Shown one piece after another: positions 31,533 through 43,151 of a stretch of DNA of 64,000 nucleotides. Made by a program: the position numbers and the translations under genes. This stretch comes from Naegleria gruberi (lineage: Eukaryota): NCBI GenBank assembly GCA_000004985.1, contig GG738848.1; one strand, written 5' to 3'. Numbering within the stretch: position 1 is the first letter of the stretch; each line of letters opens with the position of its first letter. The notes beneath the pieces were generated by a model, which was given only the letters and a program-made list of their open reading frames with translations, made no database searches and was not told the origin of the DNA.

Positions 31533-32957
31533 TTATTTTTTGCAAATTGACTCGTGTTTCTCTATTCTATCAGGATTGAATTTTCTTCCACAGACTCTAC
31601 ATGGCACTCGATGTGGTTCAGAAGATGAAGTTTGAGAGGATATTTTAGTTGTCACATTGTCAAGACTAGGATTTGGCATGTTCTTAATCTTTTCAGTAAG
31701 AATTTTGCTTGGTGATGGTTGGACCTCTTTCTTGGATCCTTTACAACTATTTTCGTGAATGGCCAATCGATCAAGAGCAAACTTTCTTCCACATTTTGAA
31801 CATTCTGCTCTTTCAAGTTCCTCATAAGCTTCTGAATTGTTTGAAGATTGTTTTCCAACAACAGCAGAAAATGGAACAACACCTCCTCTTGCTGCTGCAC
31901 CTGGTTGATTTTTGCCGAATGGAGGAGGGTTCTTATCTGCCTGTTTTTCACAAGATCTCAAATGGACAATTAAAGCTTCTGCATTGAATTTTCTGCCACA
32001 ATATTTACATCCAACTCTTGAACTTTGTTCAAAAATTCTATATGCCATTTGGTTATACTCATCAAGTTGTTGAAGGAACTCATCTGCCAACCGATCTTCA
32101 GGTATTGGAACTGTCGGTGCAGATGGAGGTTTTGTTCTCATTTCTTTTGGTAGTTCCTTTTGAGAAACAGCTCTCTTATCCAAACATTGAGGAATGTGGA
32201 ATGTTAGAGAGTCTACATTCAGATACTCCCTTCCACACAAGTGGCAACAATAAGCAATAGGCTTTCCATTAATATCCCTCATAGGAGCCTTCTTTTGTGA
32301 AGACGATGATCTACTCTGACTCACTGCAGTTTTTGAGACAGAATCTCTCACTGGAAGGTATTTATCAATATTTTGAGATGCTATTGTAGCTGATTTGTTC
32401 GATGAATTTGATCCTATTGAACCTGAAGAACTTTCTCTCACTAGTTGAGATTTTGAATTTGAGGGAGAGGTTTTTGGAGGAGTGTATTGAACCTGACGAG
32501 GAGGTGAGCAGGATCGGGGTGGTTGTATTGTTGATGATTGTTGTTGTTTTTTGGGTGATGAAGCAGAAACTGAGGGCTTGTTATTTTGTTGTTGTTGAGG
32601 TTGTTGCATTGTTTGTTGATGATGTTTTGGACTATTATCAGATGGATTGCATCTCAGAAAATGTTCTCCCAATTCACTAGCCTTGAATAATTTCAAACAT
32701 GACGGGCATGGATTTAGACTCTCCTGACAATACAACAATTTCGCATAAGTATTATACTTCTCAATGCTAGCCTTATCTTTAGAAGAGGAAGGCATCATCA
32801 TGGAAGGCAAACCCCGAGGAGGATACATCCTCTGCAATTCGGGAATCAACTTCTGCTGTTGAGCATGCCAATTATTAGAGCATTGAAACATGTGGTCCTT
32901 CAAATTTCCAAACTCCTCATTCTCTCCACAATAATAACAAATAAGCTTTGCAGACAT
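31533..32957 (-). CDS. zinc finger C2HC-type protein (ZC2HC1/FAM164-like), four C2HC fingers
   Basis: ATG at 32955-32957. A C..CG(R)(K/E)F.......H...C unit recurs four times: LICYYCGENEEFGNLKDHMFQC, YCCHLCGREYLNVDSLTFHIPQC, CKYCGRKFNAEALIVHLRSC/CSKCGRKFALDRLAIHENSC, and CRVCGRKFNPDRIEKHESIC. These are separated by S/Q/P-rich spacers. Confidence 0.75.
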   Translation of the reverse strand: MSAKLICYYCGENEEFGNLKDHMFQCSNNWHAQQQKLIPELQRMYPPRGLPSMMMPSSSKDKASIEKYNTYAKLLYCQESLNPCPSCLKLFKASELGEHFLRCNPSDNSPKHHQQTMQQPQQQQNNKPSVSASSPKKQQQSSTIQPPRSCSPPRQVQYTPPKTSPSNSKSQLVRESSSGSIGSNSSNKSATIASQNIDKYLPVRDSVSKTAVSQSRSSSSQKKAPMRDINGKPIAYCCHLCGREYLNVDSLTFHIPQCLDKRAVSQKELPKEMRTKPPSAPTVPIPEDRLADEFLQQLDEYNQMAYRIFEQSSRVGCKYCGRKFNAEALIVHLRSCEKQADKNPPPFGKNQPGAAARGGVVPFSAVVGKQSSNNSEAYEELERAECSKCGRKFALDRLAIHENSCKGSKKEVQPSPSKILTEKIKNMPNPSLDNVTTKISSQTSSSEPHRVPCRVCGRKFNPDRIEKHESICKK

Positions 32958-33772
32958 TTTTTAAAATCAATGTTCATACAAAATTGTAGTTGCACCCTTA
33001 TTGAATTCTTCTAGCAACAAACCATTACAATTTCGAAAGTATTGATACAATTTAACATAAATTGATTTTGTAATAAACCAACAAACTTTCATCAACATAA
33101 TTCAAAGTTGATGCTCAAGGTACTAATATTTCATCAACAAACCAAACAAAGCAAAGTCCTCAAATGTTTAAGTTGGTTCACGAATCAATGAATTAATTAC
33201 CCATGGCAAATGACCAGATTCAGACATTTCCTAACCATTTAAACAAATTATAATCCTATTCAACTCATACCTATTTGTATCTGAATATTCTTCAATATTA
33301 TATATTCTCTTAATTGTTTAACAAAATTTACAATATTGTTAATCAGTGCCATCCATTTCCTATTCAATTCTTCAATAGCAATAAAAACGTGTTGGCTTCC
33401 CCATTAGAAGTAAGTTTTCACCTTCAGTTCATGTAGAAAATTCCTTCCTTCTTCATGCCCCTTCATAGAATTGTGCTTAGCAAAAGGTACTTTGACAAAC
33501 TAATCAATTGTCTTCCGAACATGCGGTCTGCTCATAAAAGACGTTGTGGGATACCATAACATAGAATAAAAGAGGCAGCTGTCCAAAGTGTATTTTGTCA
33601 CGCCACAAGCGACAAGAGGTGAAGAATAATTTATTCGCTAAAAAACGTCAACAAGTGTAACCCTCCTTTCTTACCTGTACAACAATTAGAACAGTTATTC
33701 GAAAGGTTTACATCATCTTTTGAATACATTGTTGCATTTTCACAATTAGAATAATTTAAACTTTTCATCACA

Positions 33773-36488
33773 ATGGTCAATTTCACTACCTTTGTCAAAT
33801 CAAAAAGGAAGAGAAAAAAGGATATAACTTTTCAAGATATTCAGGAAAATTTTGATCTTCCTATCAAGGAAGCAGCCGATGCTTTACAAATTTCGTTAAC
33901 TCAACTCAAGAGAATTTGTAGAGAGAATGATATCCCTCGTTGGCCATACAGAAAGGTGAGTTTTTGCTTGTATATCACACATAACTGACAGTTATTATTA
34001 TTGTTTATCATTCCTTGTTCAACTGTACATGTATTCAATGTTACGACGATCCGCCTGTACTATTATTACATACGAAAATATTCTTAAATTGCTGTTGAAT
34101 GTTATCTCCTTCTCATTTGTTACCCAATTTGATAATTAATATTCTCTTTTTGATGGTCAAAAAACTCTTTGGATATGAAACGACCATTTGACTGTTCTTG
34201 TTGGACAAACAACGAATTCATAACATTTTAATGATGAAATGTTGTTCGACTTGTATTATACTTTTTCTATTCGAATCAAATAGTTACAAGCTCTACAAAA
34301 CAAATTACAAGATCTTCAAGATAGTTTAGCACAAGCAGATGAATTAACCAAGCAAAGAACACAAAGCAAAATAGATTCCATACATGAGGAGATTAAATTC
34401 ATTCGTGCCTATCCTAAAACAATTATTGAAAGTGGTGGCAATGGAGGAAAGAGAAATTCCATAACAAAATCCAAACGTTGGTCACTTCCATCAATGATGT
34501 CAGGAGATTCTATGAGTTCATGTGGAAGTGGAGCATCAACGAGTAACATTTTGGATCAAACCTTTGGTGGAGCTAATTCTGCTGCCAACAGACGTTCACA
34601 AAATGAAGAGGAATTCTTTAAAGATCTACAACAACGTTTGAGTAAACAATATGGTGGAATGCCTGCTGGATTAATGGGTCATGAAGAAGAGGAAGATATA
34701 GATGAAGATGAGATAATTGGTGATGCTGATGAGGATGAAGATGCTGAAAATAATAAGAAACAATCAGCAGCCAAGACGAATAATAGAAATAAGAGATTTT
34801 CAATGCCATCACTCTCTCATAATAACAGTAATAATAGTAGCAGTAGTAATATTTTGAATAGTTTAACTCCAAAGAGTAGTACTGCTAATCATTCTACAAG
34901 TGCTTTCACTACAGTCAATTCGAACACTAATCATCACCAACTTCATCATCATCAACAACAACAGTGGAATACATCCAATAATAATAATAATCAATTTAGT
35001 TATCCAACTCCATCAACAACAACGAATAATGCCACTAATAATATTATTCATCATCATCCAATTGGAAACCAATATCCACATCACCACCACCACCATCCTC
35101 AACCTCATCATGTTGGTTCTCCTCCACAACATATGACTGTTCAACATCAACACCATTCCTATGTTACACATCCACAACAAACAACTTCTAATTCGGGGCA
35201 TTCTCACGCATATCCTCCAATGGAGTCGCAAGGTCACTATGGAGTTGTTTCATCCCATCATCAGCTTCACCATTCTCATCATCATCAACACCAACCACAA
35301 CAACAACCTATCTATCATAATGTAATAGGTGGCAATAGTGGTGGTGGTCAATTGTATAATCATAATAATGTAAATGTGCCAACTCAATCAGTTTCTCCTC
35401 CACAACATTACCCAACCAATTATCAAGCCAATCAACATCAACCTCTAAATAATGTTGGCCACCTGCCTAATTCGTCAACTCAAAATTATCAACAACAGGG
35501 AATGCAAGGCCACCAAGTGATAAATCCTCAGCCAAACCAAAATAACATTGTTAGTCAACCTGTTGGTTTCGGTCATCCACAGCATGTTACGACAAGTAGT
35601 GCCCCACCTCAAAACGATCCAAATAATCAGGCAGCAATTCATAGCTTACATCACCAACCTTTGAATTCTCCCTCAAGTAGCTCAACTACAAGGGAAAGCG
35701 GTTTACCTTCAAGACAGCACGATTTCTTTTCCTCTGGATTTTCACATCACCATACTCCATTCAGTCATTCGAATAGACCTAGATCACTCAATATTAGCAC
35801 TCCATCTTCGGACTCTTATGGTTTTACTAAGTACTTACATCAAAATGGAAATTACCTGCCATCACTTGCTCAGGTTTTGAAGGAGAATGAATCTGACAGA
35901 ATGCAAGACTCACCTATAGCAGTGAATGAGCCATCACCCTTCTCAACGAGACCAACATTACCACCTGTAAATCGATCATTTGATCAACCACCAGATCTTC
36001 CAAATGATTCTCAGAGAAGTGATGCATCCAAGATTTCCCAAGCTTTAAGTATTCTTAAGAAGAAGAATACCAATGCATCCTCAACAAGCGCCTTACCACA
36101 ATCAAGTAGTGCAGGTAATTTAGAGCAGATACCAAGCAGTTCTTTCGATAATTTCCAATATTCAGGATATGGTGGAAATAATACTCATAGAGAAAATCTT
36201 CACTATCTCAGAAAGGGTGTCCACTCAACCGAGTTTGAGTATCCACCATTACAACAATATTATCAACAGTACCCAGATCAATTCATGGGTTCACAGCCAT
36301 TAACATCAACAACCCATTTCACACAACAGCAAATAGATCCAAATTCGCCAACTTCGAAAGGTATCGATGATAAGAACTCTAAATCAACAAATGGTGGTAA
36401 GGAAAACTCATCATCGGGTGGCAGCAAACTGTCCTTCCTAGAGAATTTATTCAGAAAGAAAATTCCATTCATAAGAAAGAGAAAGTAA
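33773..36488 (+). CDS. RWP-RK domain transcription factor (NIN-like/MID-like family), 2 exons, long Q/N/H/S-rich C-terminal region
   Basis: ATG at 33773. Exon 1 (33773..33955) encodes DITFQDIQENFDLPIKEAADALQISLTQLKRICRENDIPRWPYRK, the RWP-RK signature. The donor GTGAGT at 33956 and acceptor AAATAG at 34278-34283 leave exon 2 (34284..36488) in frame, starting LQALQNKLQDLQDSL.... The track ORF 34494.. lies inside exon 2. The intron is ~328 nt, unusually long for this locus. Confidence 0.75.
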
Positions 36489-36874
36489 TGTTAAAGCATT
36501 TCATTTCCAAACCAAGGATTACACACGAAAGAAATTTGTAAATAAACTCATCAATTTTGTTTTAATCACCTCAACAACAAGAAATGTGACTATTCTCACT
36601 ACTGAGTCATTTGCAAAAACTATCAAAAATGATCAACAACCAAATAGTTCATTTTCTACCTTGAAATAAACTTAATTTCTGATATTCACAACTTTGAGCA
36701 TCCAAAGGTCTCCAGAAGAATATTTGAAACCACCAGCAAATGTTCAACAATTTTGAAGCACCAAATTATTTTTGAATTTAAAATTTTTGAAAAAACTTGC
36801 GAGAAAAAAAATCATTAAACCTCCTACTCTCCATTGTTCGTTAATTAAAGTCTCTTTTAAACTCGGAGTAAAGA

Positions 36875-39346
36875 ATGGTCAAGAAAACAAAATTAAATAA
36901 TGAGCGTTTGGATAAATATTATCATATGGCCAAAGAGCAGGGATATCGTTCCCGTGCTGCTTTCAAATTGGTACAATTGAATAAGAAGTATGATTTTTTA
37001 GGAACTGCTAGAGTAATGTTGGATCTGTGTGCTGCTCCTGGAGGTTGGCTTCAAGTAGCTAAAAAGTTTATGCCTGTCAACTCTACACTTGTTGGTGTTG
37101 ATCTTTGCCCTATTAAAGCTATTCCACACGTAACAACAATTCAAGGAGATATCACAACTAAAAAGACAATGACAATGGTTAAAAACGTTTTGAGAGGACA
37201 AAAGTGTGATGTTGTTCTTCACGATGGTGCTCCAAACGTTGGTGCTAACTGGCTCAAAGATGCCTTCTCACAAAGTGAATTGTGTTTGTTTGCTTTAAAG
37301 ATGGCTACTGAATTTTTGAAACCTGAAGGATTGTTTATTACCAAAGTCTTTCGTTCTAAAGATTATACATCATTAATGTGGGTTTTGAATCAATTCTTTA
37401 CAAAAGTAGAAGCAACTAAACCAAAAGCTTCAAGAGATGCTTCTGCAGAAATTTTCGTAGTATGTTTTGGATACAAAGCTCCAAAAGAAATTGATCCAAA
37501 ATTATTTGATGCTTCTTTAGTTTTCGAGGATGTTGAATCACAAAAGAAGAAATTGAGACTTTCATTCAAGGACTTAGCTCAACAACAAAAGAAACCAAAC
37601 AGAGAAGGTTATGAAGAAGGTATGACTTTGCTCTATAAGAAACGTAGTATTGCAGAATTCGTTGAAAGTGATCAACCAATCAAGTTTTTGGTTGACTATA
37701 ACGAACTTGAATTTGATGAAGCATCACAAATTTATCTCAATCACCCACTTACAACAAAAGATATAATTGAAGCTTGTGAAGATTTACGTGTTTTGGGTAA
37801 ACCAGATTTCAGAATGTTGCTCAAATGGAGAAAGAATATGAAGGATTACAAGGATGAATTGGATGCTGATAACGATGAAGATATTATTGAACAAGATGAA
37901 GAAGATGAAGTTATGGAACCAATCCACGAAGATAACGAATTATCAACAGGTATTTCCAATGAAATGGATATTCCATCTGATGAAGAAGAATTAGACGGAG
38001 AATTGAAGGAATTGAAGAATAAGCAAACCAAAATTGAAAAGAAGAAGGAAAAGAAGGTTAGAGAAAAGCAAAAGAAGCTTGCTATCAAGGCTGCTGTTGA
38101 AAGACAAGAAGATATGCTCGATACCATTGATGATGGTTCTCTTTTCCGTATGAATGATATTTCAAGTAAGGATATGTTGGATGCTGTTCTAGATCCATCA
38201 CTTACCAGTAAAGTTTATAATGAATATTTGGAAAAGAAGGAAAAGACAAAGGAACAATTAAAGAAGCAAAAGGAAGCCATGGGTAGAATTGAACTCGATG
38301 AAGAAGAAGAAGATGATATTTTGGAAGCTGAACTTGATGCTTTATATCAACAACTCATGGATAAGAAGACAAGAAGATTCAAGGCTAACATTTTACAAAC
38401 AAGAGACCTCAGAGATCAAACTAAGAGTGAACTCTATGATGCCATTCAATATGAAGAAGAAAAATATGGCGCTCCAAATACTAATCCACTTTTAATTGAA
38501 CATAAGGAATTGGGATCCAAACAAACCAAAGCTAATCAATTCTTTGACCAACAAAATATTTTCAGCGTTTTGATGGAAGAACAAACTGGTAACAGTGACG
38601 ATGAAGATGAAAACGGTACTAGAACTAAGAGACGTAAACTTGGTAGATTGGACAATATTACTGAAGAAGAATTGGCTCAAGACTCATCAGATTCTGAATC
38701 AGAAGGTGAAGAAGACGATGATGATGGTGATGCCATTTCTGAATTCAAGAGAAAAGCCAGTGAAGGTAAGAAACAAGATGTTGGTGGATTTGAAGTCATG
38801 CCAAAGGAAATGAATGATCCAGAAGTTAGAGCTACTGCTCTTGCTTTGGGTAAGAAGCTTTTGAGAAAGAAGGAACGTAGAGAATTTATTGATAGTGCAT
38901 TCCATAGATATGCTTTCAATGATGAAGATGTTCCAGATTGGTTAGCTGACGATGAAGCCAAATCATATAGAAAACAAGACCCAATAACGAGAGAAGAAGC
39001 TGACGAAATTAAACGAAAGATGGCCGAAATTGATGCCAAGCCAATTAAGGCTGTTCTTGAAGCTAAGATTAGAAGAAAGATCAGAGCCCAAAAGAAGATC
39101 AAGATGGTAAAGGAAAAGGCTGATGTTATTGCACAAAGTCAAGAAATGACTCCACAAGAAAAGTCTAAGGAACTGATGAAACTTTACAAGGATGCCTCAG
39201 TGAAGACTCAAAGAAAGAAGGTCTACGTTGTTGCTGGTGGTAAGAAGATTATTGGTAAGAAGGCACCTGGCTCTATTATGAAGTTTGTAGATAATCGTAC
39301 AAAGAAGGATAAGAGAGCTACCGATGCAAAGAAGAGAAAGAGATAA
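36875..39346 (+). CDS. AdoMet-dependent pre-rRNA 2'-O-ribose methyltransferase Spb1/FtsJ3
   Basis: ATG at 36875. The FtsJ fold is clear: GYRSRAAFKLVQLNKKYDFLGTARVMLDLCAAPGGWLQVA, VGVDLCPI, VVLHDGAPNV and FITKVFRS. Spb1-type acidic and basic C-terminal regions follow, ending KKRKR. 823 aa, single ORF. Confidence 0.9.
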   Translation: MVKKTKLNNERLDKYYHMAKEQGYRSRAAFKLVQLNKKYDFLGTARVMLDLCAAPGGWLQVAKKFMPVNSTLVGVDLCPIKAIPHVTTIQGDITTKKTMTMVKNVLRGQKCDVVLHDGAPNVGANWLKDAFSQSELCLFALKMATEFLKPEGLFITKVFRSKDYTSLMWVLNQFFTKVEATKPKASRDASAEIFVVCFGYKAPKEIDPKLFDASLVFEDVESQKKKLRLSFKDLAQQQKKPNREGYEEGMTLLYKKRSIAEFVESDQPIKFLVDYNELEFDEASQIYLNHPLTTKDIIEACEDLRVLGKPDFRMLLKWRKNMKDYKDELDADNDEDIIEQDEEDEVMEPIHEDNELSTGISNEMDIPSDEEELDGELKELKNKQTKIEKKKEKKVREKQKKLAIKAAVERQEDMLDTIDDGSLFRMNDISSKDMLDAVLDPSLTSKVYNEYLEKKEKTKEQLKKQKEAMGRIELDEEEEDDILEAELDALYQQLMDKKTRRFKANILQTRDLRDQTKSELYDAIQYEEEKYGAPNTNPLLIEHKELGSKQTKANQFFDQQNIFSVLMEEQTGNSDDEDENGTRTKRRKLGRLDNITEEELAQDSSDSESEGEEDDDDGDAISEFKRKASEGKKQDVGGFEVMPKEMNDPEVRATALALGKKLLRKKERREFIDSAFHRYAFNDEDVPDWLADDEAKSYRKQDPITREEADEIKRKMAEIDAKPIKAVLEAKIRRKIRAQKKIKMVKEKADVIAQSQEMTPQEKSKELMKLYKDASVKTQRKKVYVVAGGKKIIGKKAPGSIMKFVDNRTKKDKRATDAKKRKR

Positions 39347-39368
39347 TTTATATAAAATACTTGTAAAT

Positions 39369-41420
39369 TTAAAATGTTAAAAGATCTCCAACAATTTGAG
39401 CAGGACTTTCTACTTCTTCTTGTTCTTCCTTTGAATTGATATCAACCAATCCCAAGACTAAATTGATAGCTTTTTGTCTTTCACTATCTTTAAAGTTGTT
39501 TAGGAAGTATCGTTTAACAGAGTTGAAACCGTCGTTCATTAAACCTTGTGCACTCTTTTGGAATTTGAGAGCTTCAGTACCACTGTATAAAACTGAAACT
39601 CTGTCACCATTATTAATCCAGAATGTTCTGAATGTTTGATCAAAAGCAGGATAGTTTTCCATCTTGTCATCTCTTGATTTAGTGATACCCATTCTGTACA
39701 ATTGTTCCATCATCATGTATTTAGCAATAAAGGTTTCAATATAATTGGTTCTGTCACAACAGTCAATACAATTGACACGGAAAACACCATTTTGAAGTTC
39801 ATATACTTTTACATCCATAGAGCTATTTGAACTCATAGCAAATGGATCATCAAATGAGGCAACATTTGGATTAGAAGTATTGCCAAATGATTCTCCAAAA
39901 TCTAACAAGTTTGACTTTTGAGCTGCTGGTTGTTGAACAGGAACAGGTTGTTGTTGTTGAGCAAAGTTTGATCCAAAATCGTCATCAAATCCAGATGTTG
40001 AACTATTGGATGGTGTTGTTTCATCATCCCAAGGGGTTGAAAGTAAAGGAGTGGAGTATGTTCTACCTAAGAATGTGAAAGCCTTTCCATCATCTGGTAA
40101 CCACATTCCTTCTTCCTTACTTTCTTGAAGTCTACATGAGAAATATTTGATATTTCTCATACTGTCCTTGATACTTGGTAAGAACATTGTATAGAGCTTT
40201 GTTGTATCGTGATTTTTACATTCATTGTGGAAATCGAAATGATTATAAGTGACTCCTTGAATATGTTTAACGTAGCTTGTATAGAGCTCGCTCAACTTGC
40301 TTTCTTGACCAGTCTTCTTACACAAGTTGACAGCAGTAATATTATTTTGATATTCTCTCAAAATATATTGGAAATGTTTTTCAAATGCTGTTTGTTGCTT
40401 TTGCTTGTCAGTCAAGAATTTAATCTCTGGTGTATATTTGAGATTGGCTTCTTGAGTCCAAATAAGAGGAATAGAACCACGAATTTGGAGGAAAGCACTC
40501 AAAACACCGTCATAATAAGCGAATTGTTCACTTTCAACAAAGTTAGCAACATAACCATTTTCATCAGCTCCTCTCATAATGTATCTAGTACCAGCTCTCT
40601 TGGTACTTGTTCTTGAAACAATACCAAAAGTAAACACTTTACCATTCATATTACAAGAAGCAATTTCCACAATACCTCTGATTGCTGGCATGATAAATCC
40701 ATCCATTCCCTTGCTAATGAGAGATTGTAACATGTGTCTATTCCAAAAGTACTTGTTGTGAGCTCCACGCCAAGCAGATAAATTTTCAGTGTCAAGACCT
40801 TGAATAGTTGAGAATGTGTGTTGCAAGTGATGAGTTAAATCAAGAGTATAACTCATATAGAAACTATTATCTTCAACAATGGTTCTATTCATCATTTCAA
40901 TGTATTGAATTTCTCTTTCTTTCAATTCTTCAGTTTGAGATTTGAAATTAGAAGGTTTAAATGGAATAAATTGAATCTTTTTAACTCTATAGATTTTGTG
41001 CTTGGCAATCATTCCGATAAATTCCTTTTCCAACACAACAATAAGGAATGGTCCAGAAACAAGAGTAACGATACCCATAATACCAAATATTCTAGTCATT
41101 GTCTTCATCTTTTTAAACAAATTATCCCTGACTTGGGTATCGGATGGATTGATAGACAATCTAGAAACAAGTTGTGTATCTCTATCGATCAAACACATAT
41201 TTTCATAAAAGAGTACCCTTCTCTGTGGAGTTGTTGTTGAAGGTACTTTGGGTACCACAAGAAAACGTCTGCTGTTTTCATACAATTCATATTCATCGTA
41301 GACTTTCATTTTTTTATGATGAGAAAAATCCGTTACATGTGATGAGTTTTCATCATCTATTTTAAAATCACTTTTTGAAATTAACGGGAAAACAGAAGGC
41401 GAGGAGGATCCAGTACGCAT
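39369..41420 (-). CDS. SAC-domain phosphoinositide phosphatase (Sac1/synaptojanin-N-like)
   Basis: ATG at 41418-41420. SAC homology runs from ~aa 130, and the catalytic CX5R(T/S) motif is present as RVNCIDCCDRTNYIETFIAKY. An internal Q/S/N-rich low-complexity insert precedes it. 683 aa. Confidence 0.8.
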   Translation of the reverse strand: MRTGSSSPSVFPLISKSDFKIDDENSSHVTDFSHHKKMKVYDEYELYENSRRFLVVPKVPSTTTPQRRVLFYENMCLIDRDTQLVSRLSINPSDTQVRDNLFKKMKTMTRIFGIMGIVTLVSGPFLIVVLEKEFIGMIAKHKIYRVKKIQFIPFKPSNFKSQTEELKEREIQYIEMMNRTIVEDNSFYMSYTLDLTHHLQHTFSTIQGLDTENLSAWRGAHNKYFWNRHMLQSLISKGMDGFIMPAIRGIVEIASCNMNGKVFTFGIVSRTSTKRAGTRYIMRGADENGYVANFVESEQFAYYDGVLSAFLQIRGSIPLIWTQEANLKYTPEIKFLTDKQKQQTAFEKHFQYILREYQNNITAVNLCKKTGQESKLSELYTSYVKHIQGVTYNHFDFHNECKNHDTTKLYTMFLPSIKDSMRNIKYFSCRLQESKEEGMWLPDDGKAFTFLGRTYSTPLLSTPWDDETTPSNSSTSGFDDDFGSNFAQQQQPVPVQQPAAQKSNLLDFGESFGNTSNPNVASFDDPFAMSSNSSMDVKVYELQNGVFRVNCIDCCDRTNYIETFIAKYMMMEQLYRMGITKSRDDKMENYPAFDQTFRTFWINNGDRVSVLYSGTEALKFQKSAQGLMNDGFNSVKRYFLNNFKDSERQKAINLVLGLVDINSKEEQEEVESPAQIVGDLLTF

Positions 41421-41650
41421 GAATGATGATGATCAAGAAGAATAAACTTCATCATGTTTCATCAGAAGCTAATAGACAAATTGGAACATGTGGGTGTTAT
41501 TGTTGATGGTCTTGTAATAAAAGCTTATTAATAGATAAGTTTCAAATTGGTTTCAACAATGCAAAAAGGAAAGAAAATGATTTAGTGTTTGGATTGAAAA
41601 TGAGAAAGAAATTGAGTTGAAAGGCATATTTCAATTATAATTTAATCATG

Positions 41651-42985
41651 TCATTCGCGAAAGCTAATGCCATTCAGAAGCTTTAATTGTTTGAATTGTG
41701 AAAATACTTCATTCTGCACGAATGTAAATTGATTATGCCTAATTGATAGTGCCGTTAATTGATTCATATTAATCATATGCTTTACCCCCTGGTAAGACAA
41801 TTCATTATTGTTCACCTCGAGAGCTGTTAACTTTTCCAATTTAGTGAGATATAGTGATCCCTCATCTGTAATATAATTGTTTGAAATATCCAGTATTGTT
41901 AATTCGTTCAAATCACCCAAAGATTTCATTCCATCATCAGAAATTTGACAATCATTAACAAATAGTTCTGTCAATTGTTTAATCTCACTGATGGATTTAG
42001 CCCCATCATCACCGAATGCATTTGAAGAAATATTCAAATGTGTTAATTGACTCAATCCACTTAATTGCTTAACTCCTTTAGCACTGATACCATTCGATTT
42101 AATATCTAGCAATGTTAATTGTTTCATTTTGCTAAGCTCCTCACATTCATCGAGAATAGTACAATTATTTATGCTTAGGGAAACCAATTTGTTCATTTTG
42201 CTAATTGCATTAATTCCGTCAGGATTTATACGATCAATTGAGAGAGCTGTTAATTGGTCCAACTCGCTCAACAAGATCACCTCCTCATCACCAACCTTAT
42301 TATCACCTATATCAAGATAAGTTAGTTGTTTCATCTGACTTATGGCTTTGGCACCCTCTCCTCCAATCCTATTTGATGAAACATTTAGCCAAGTCAATGT
42401 TTTCATTTCACTAATTACTTTTGCTCCTTCTGCACCAATATAATTATATCTAATACTGAGAGATTCTAATTTTTCCAATTGGCTAATATAATTTGCTCCT
42501 TCCAACCCAATCCCATTAAAATCAACACAGAGATGAATCAAATGTTTCAATGTTCCAATTGACTTTAAACCATCCTCATTAGTAAAGTGACTTCCTAATG
42601 TGAGGTGTGTTAAATTTTTCATTAAAACAAAACCTTGAATTACCTTAGCTCCAAGAGTATTATAATTAAATGTTAGAAATTTAATTTGCACTCTTTCAAT
42701 ACTTTCCAAGAATTGACTTTTCATTAACGATTCTACTCTTTCACTATCAAACGGAACATTAAAATCCAAATAAAACGTAACTCGACTTTTGATAATATTT
42801 AAAAACTGTGTTGAAATTAATGTACAATTTTTCAAAATAAACCAATCATCCAGAAAACAAATAATTTCATAACAAATATCATCGGGAAATATTTCCTCTA
42901 TTATTTACCAAATAATACTAATATTTAACTACTATTTTCACTACTAATAATTACCCTGATGATGAATTTTTATAGCTTTACTCAT
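41651..42985 (-). CDS. F-box-like / leucine-rich-repeat (RNI-type) protein, 2 exons
   Basis: The track ORF (start 42835) begins at a TTG. The in-frame upstream sequence EIFPDDICYEIICFLDDWFILKNCTL (F-box-like) is closed by a stop. Splicing exon 1 (42985..42955, ATGAGTAAAGCTATAAAAATTCATCATCAGG, with a GTAATT donor) to exon 2 (42897..41651), after a 57-nt intron ending AATAATAG, keeps the frame and gives a proper ATG. The body is 12+ RNI-type LRRs (LTxLxISSNxIGxEGAKxIS). Confidence 0.65.
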
Positions 42986-43151
42986 TGGTTGAATTTCCGA
43001 ACTTTCACATGTAATAGAATCATTTGCAAACTCTTCTCTTTCTAATCTTTTCATTTTTTTTAATTAATATTTAAATAATAATTTTCAAATTGAACTTTCC
43101 ATTGTAATCTGTGAATTAATCCATCTTTGTGGAGGAAAGAACTTTAAAAAA

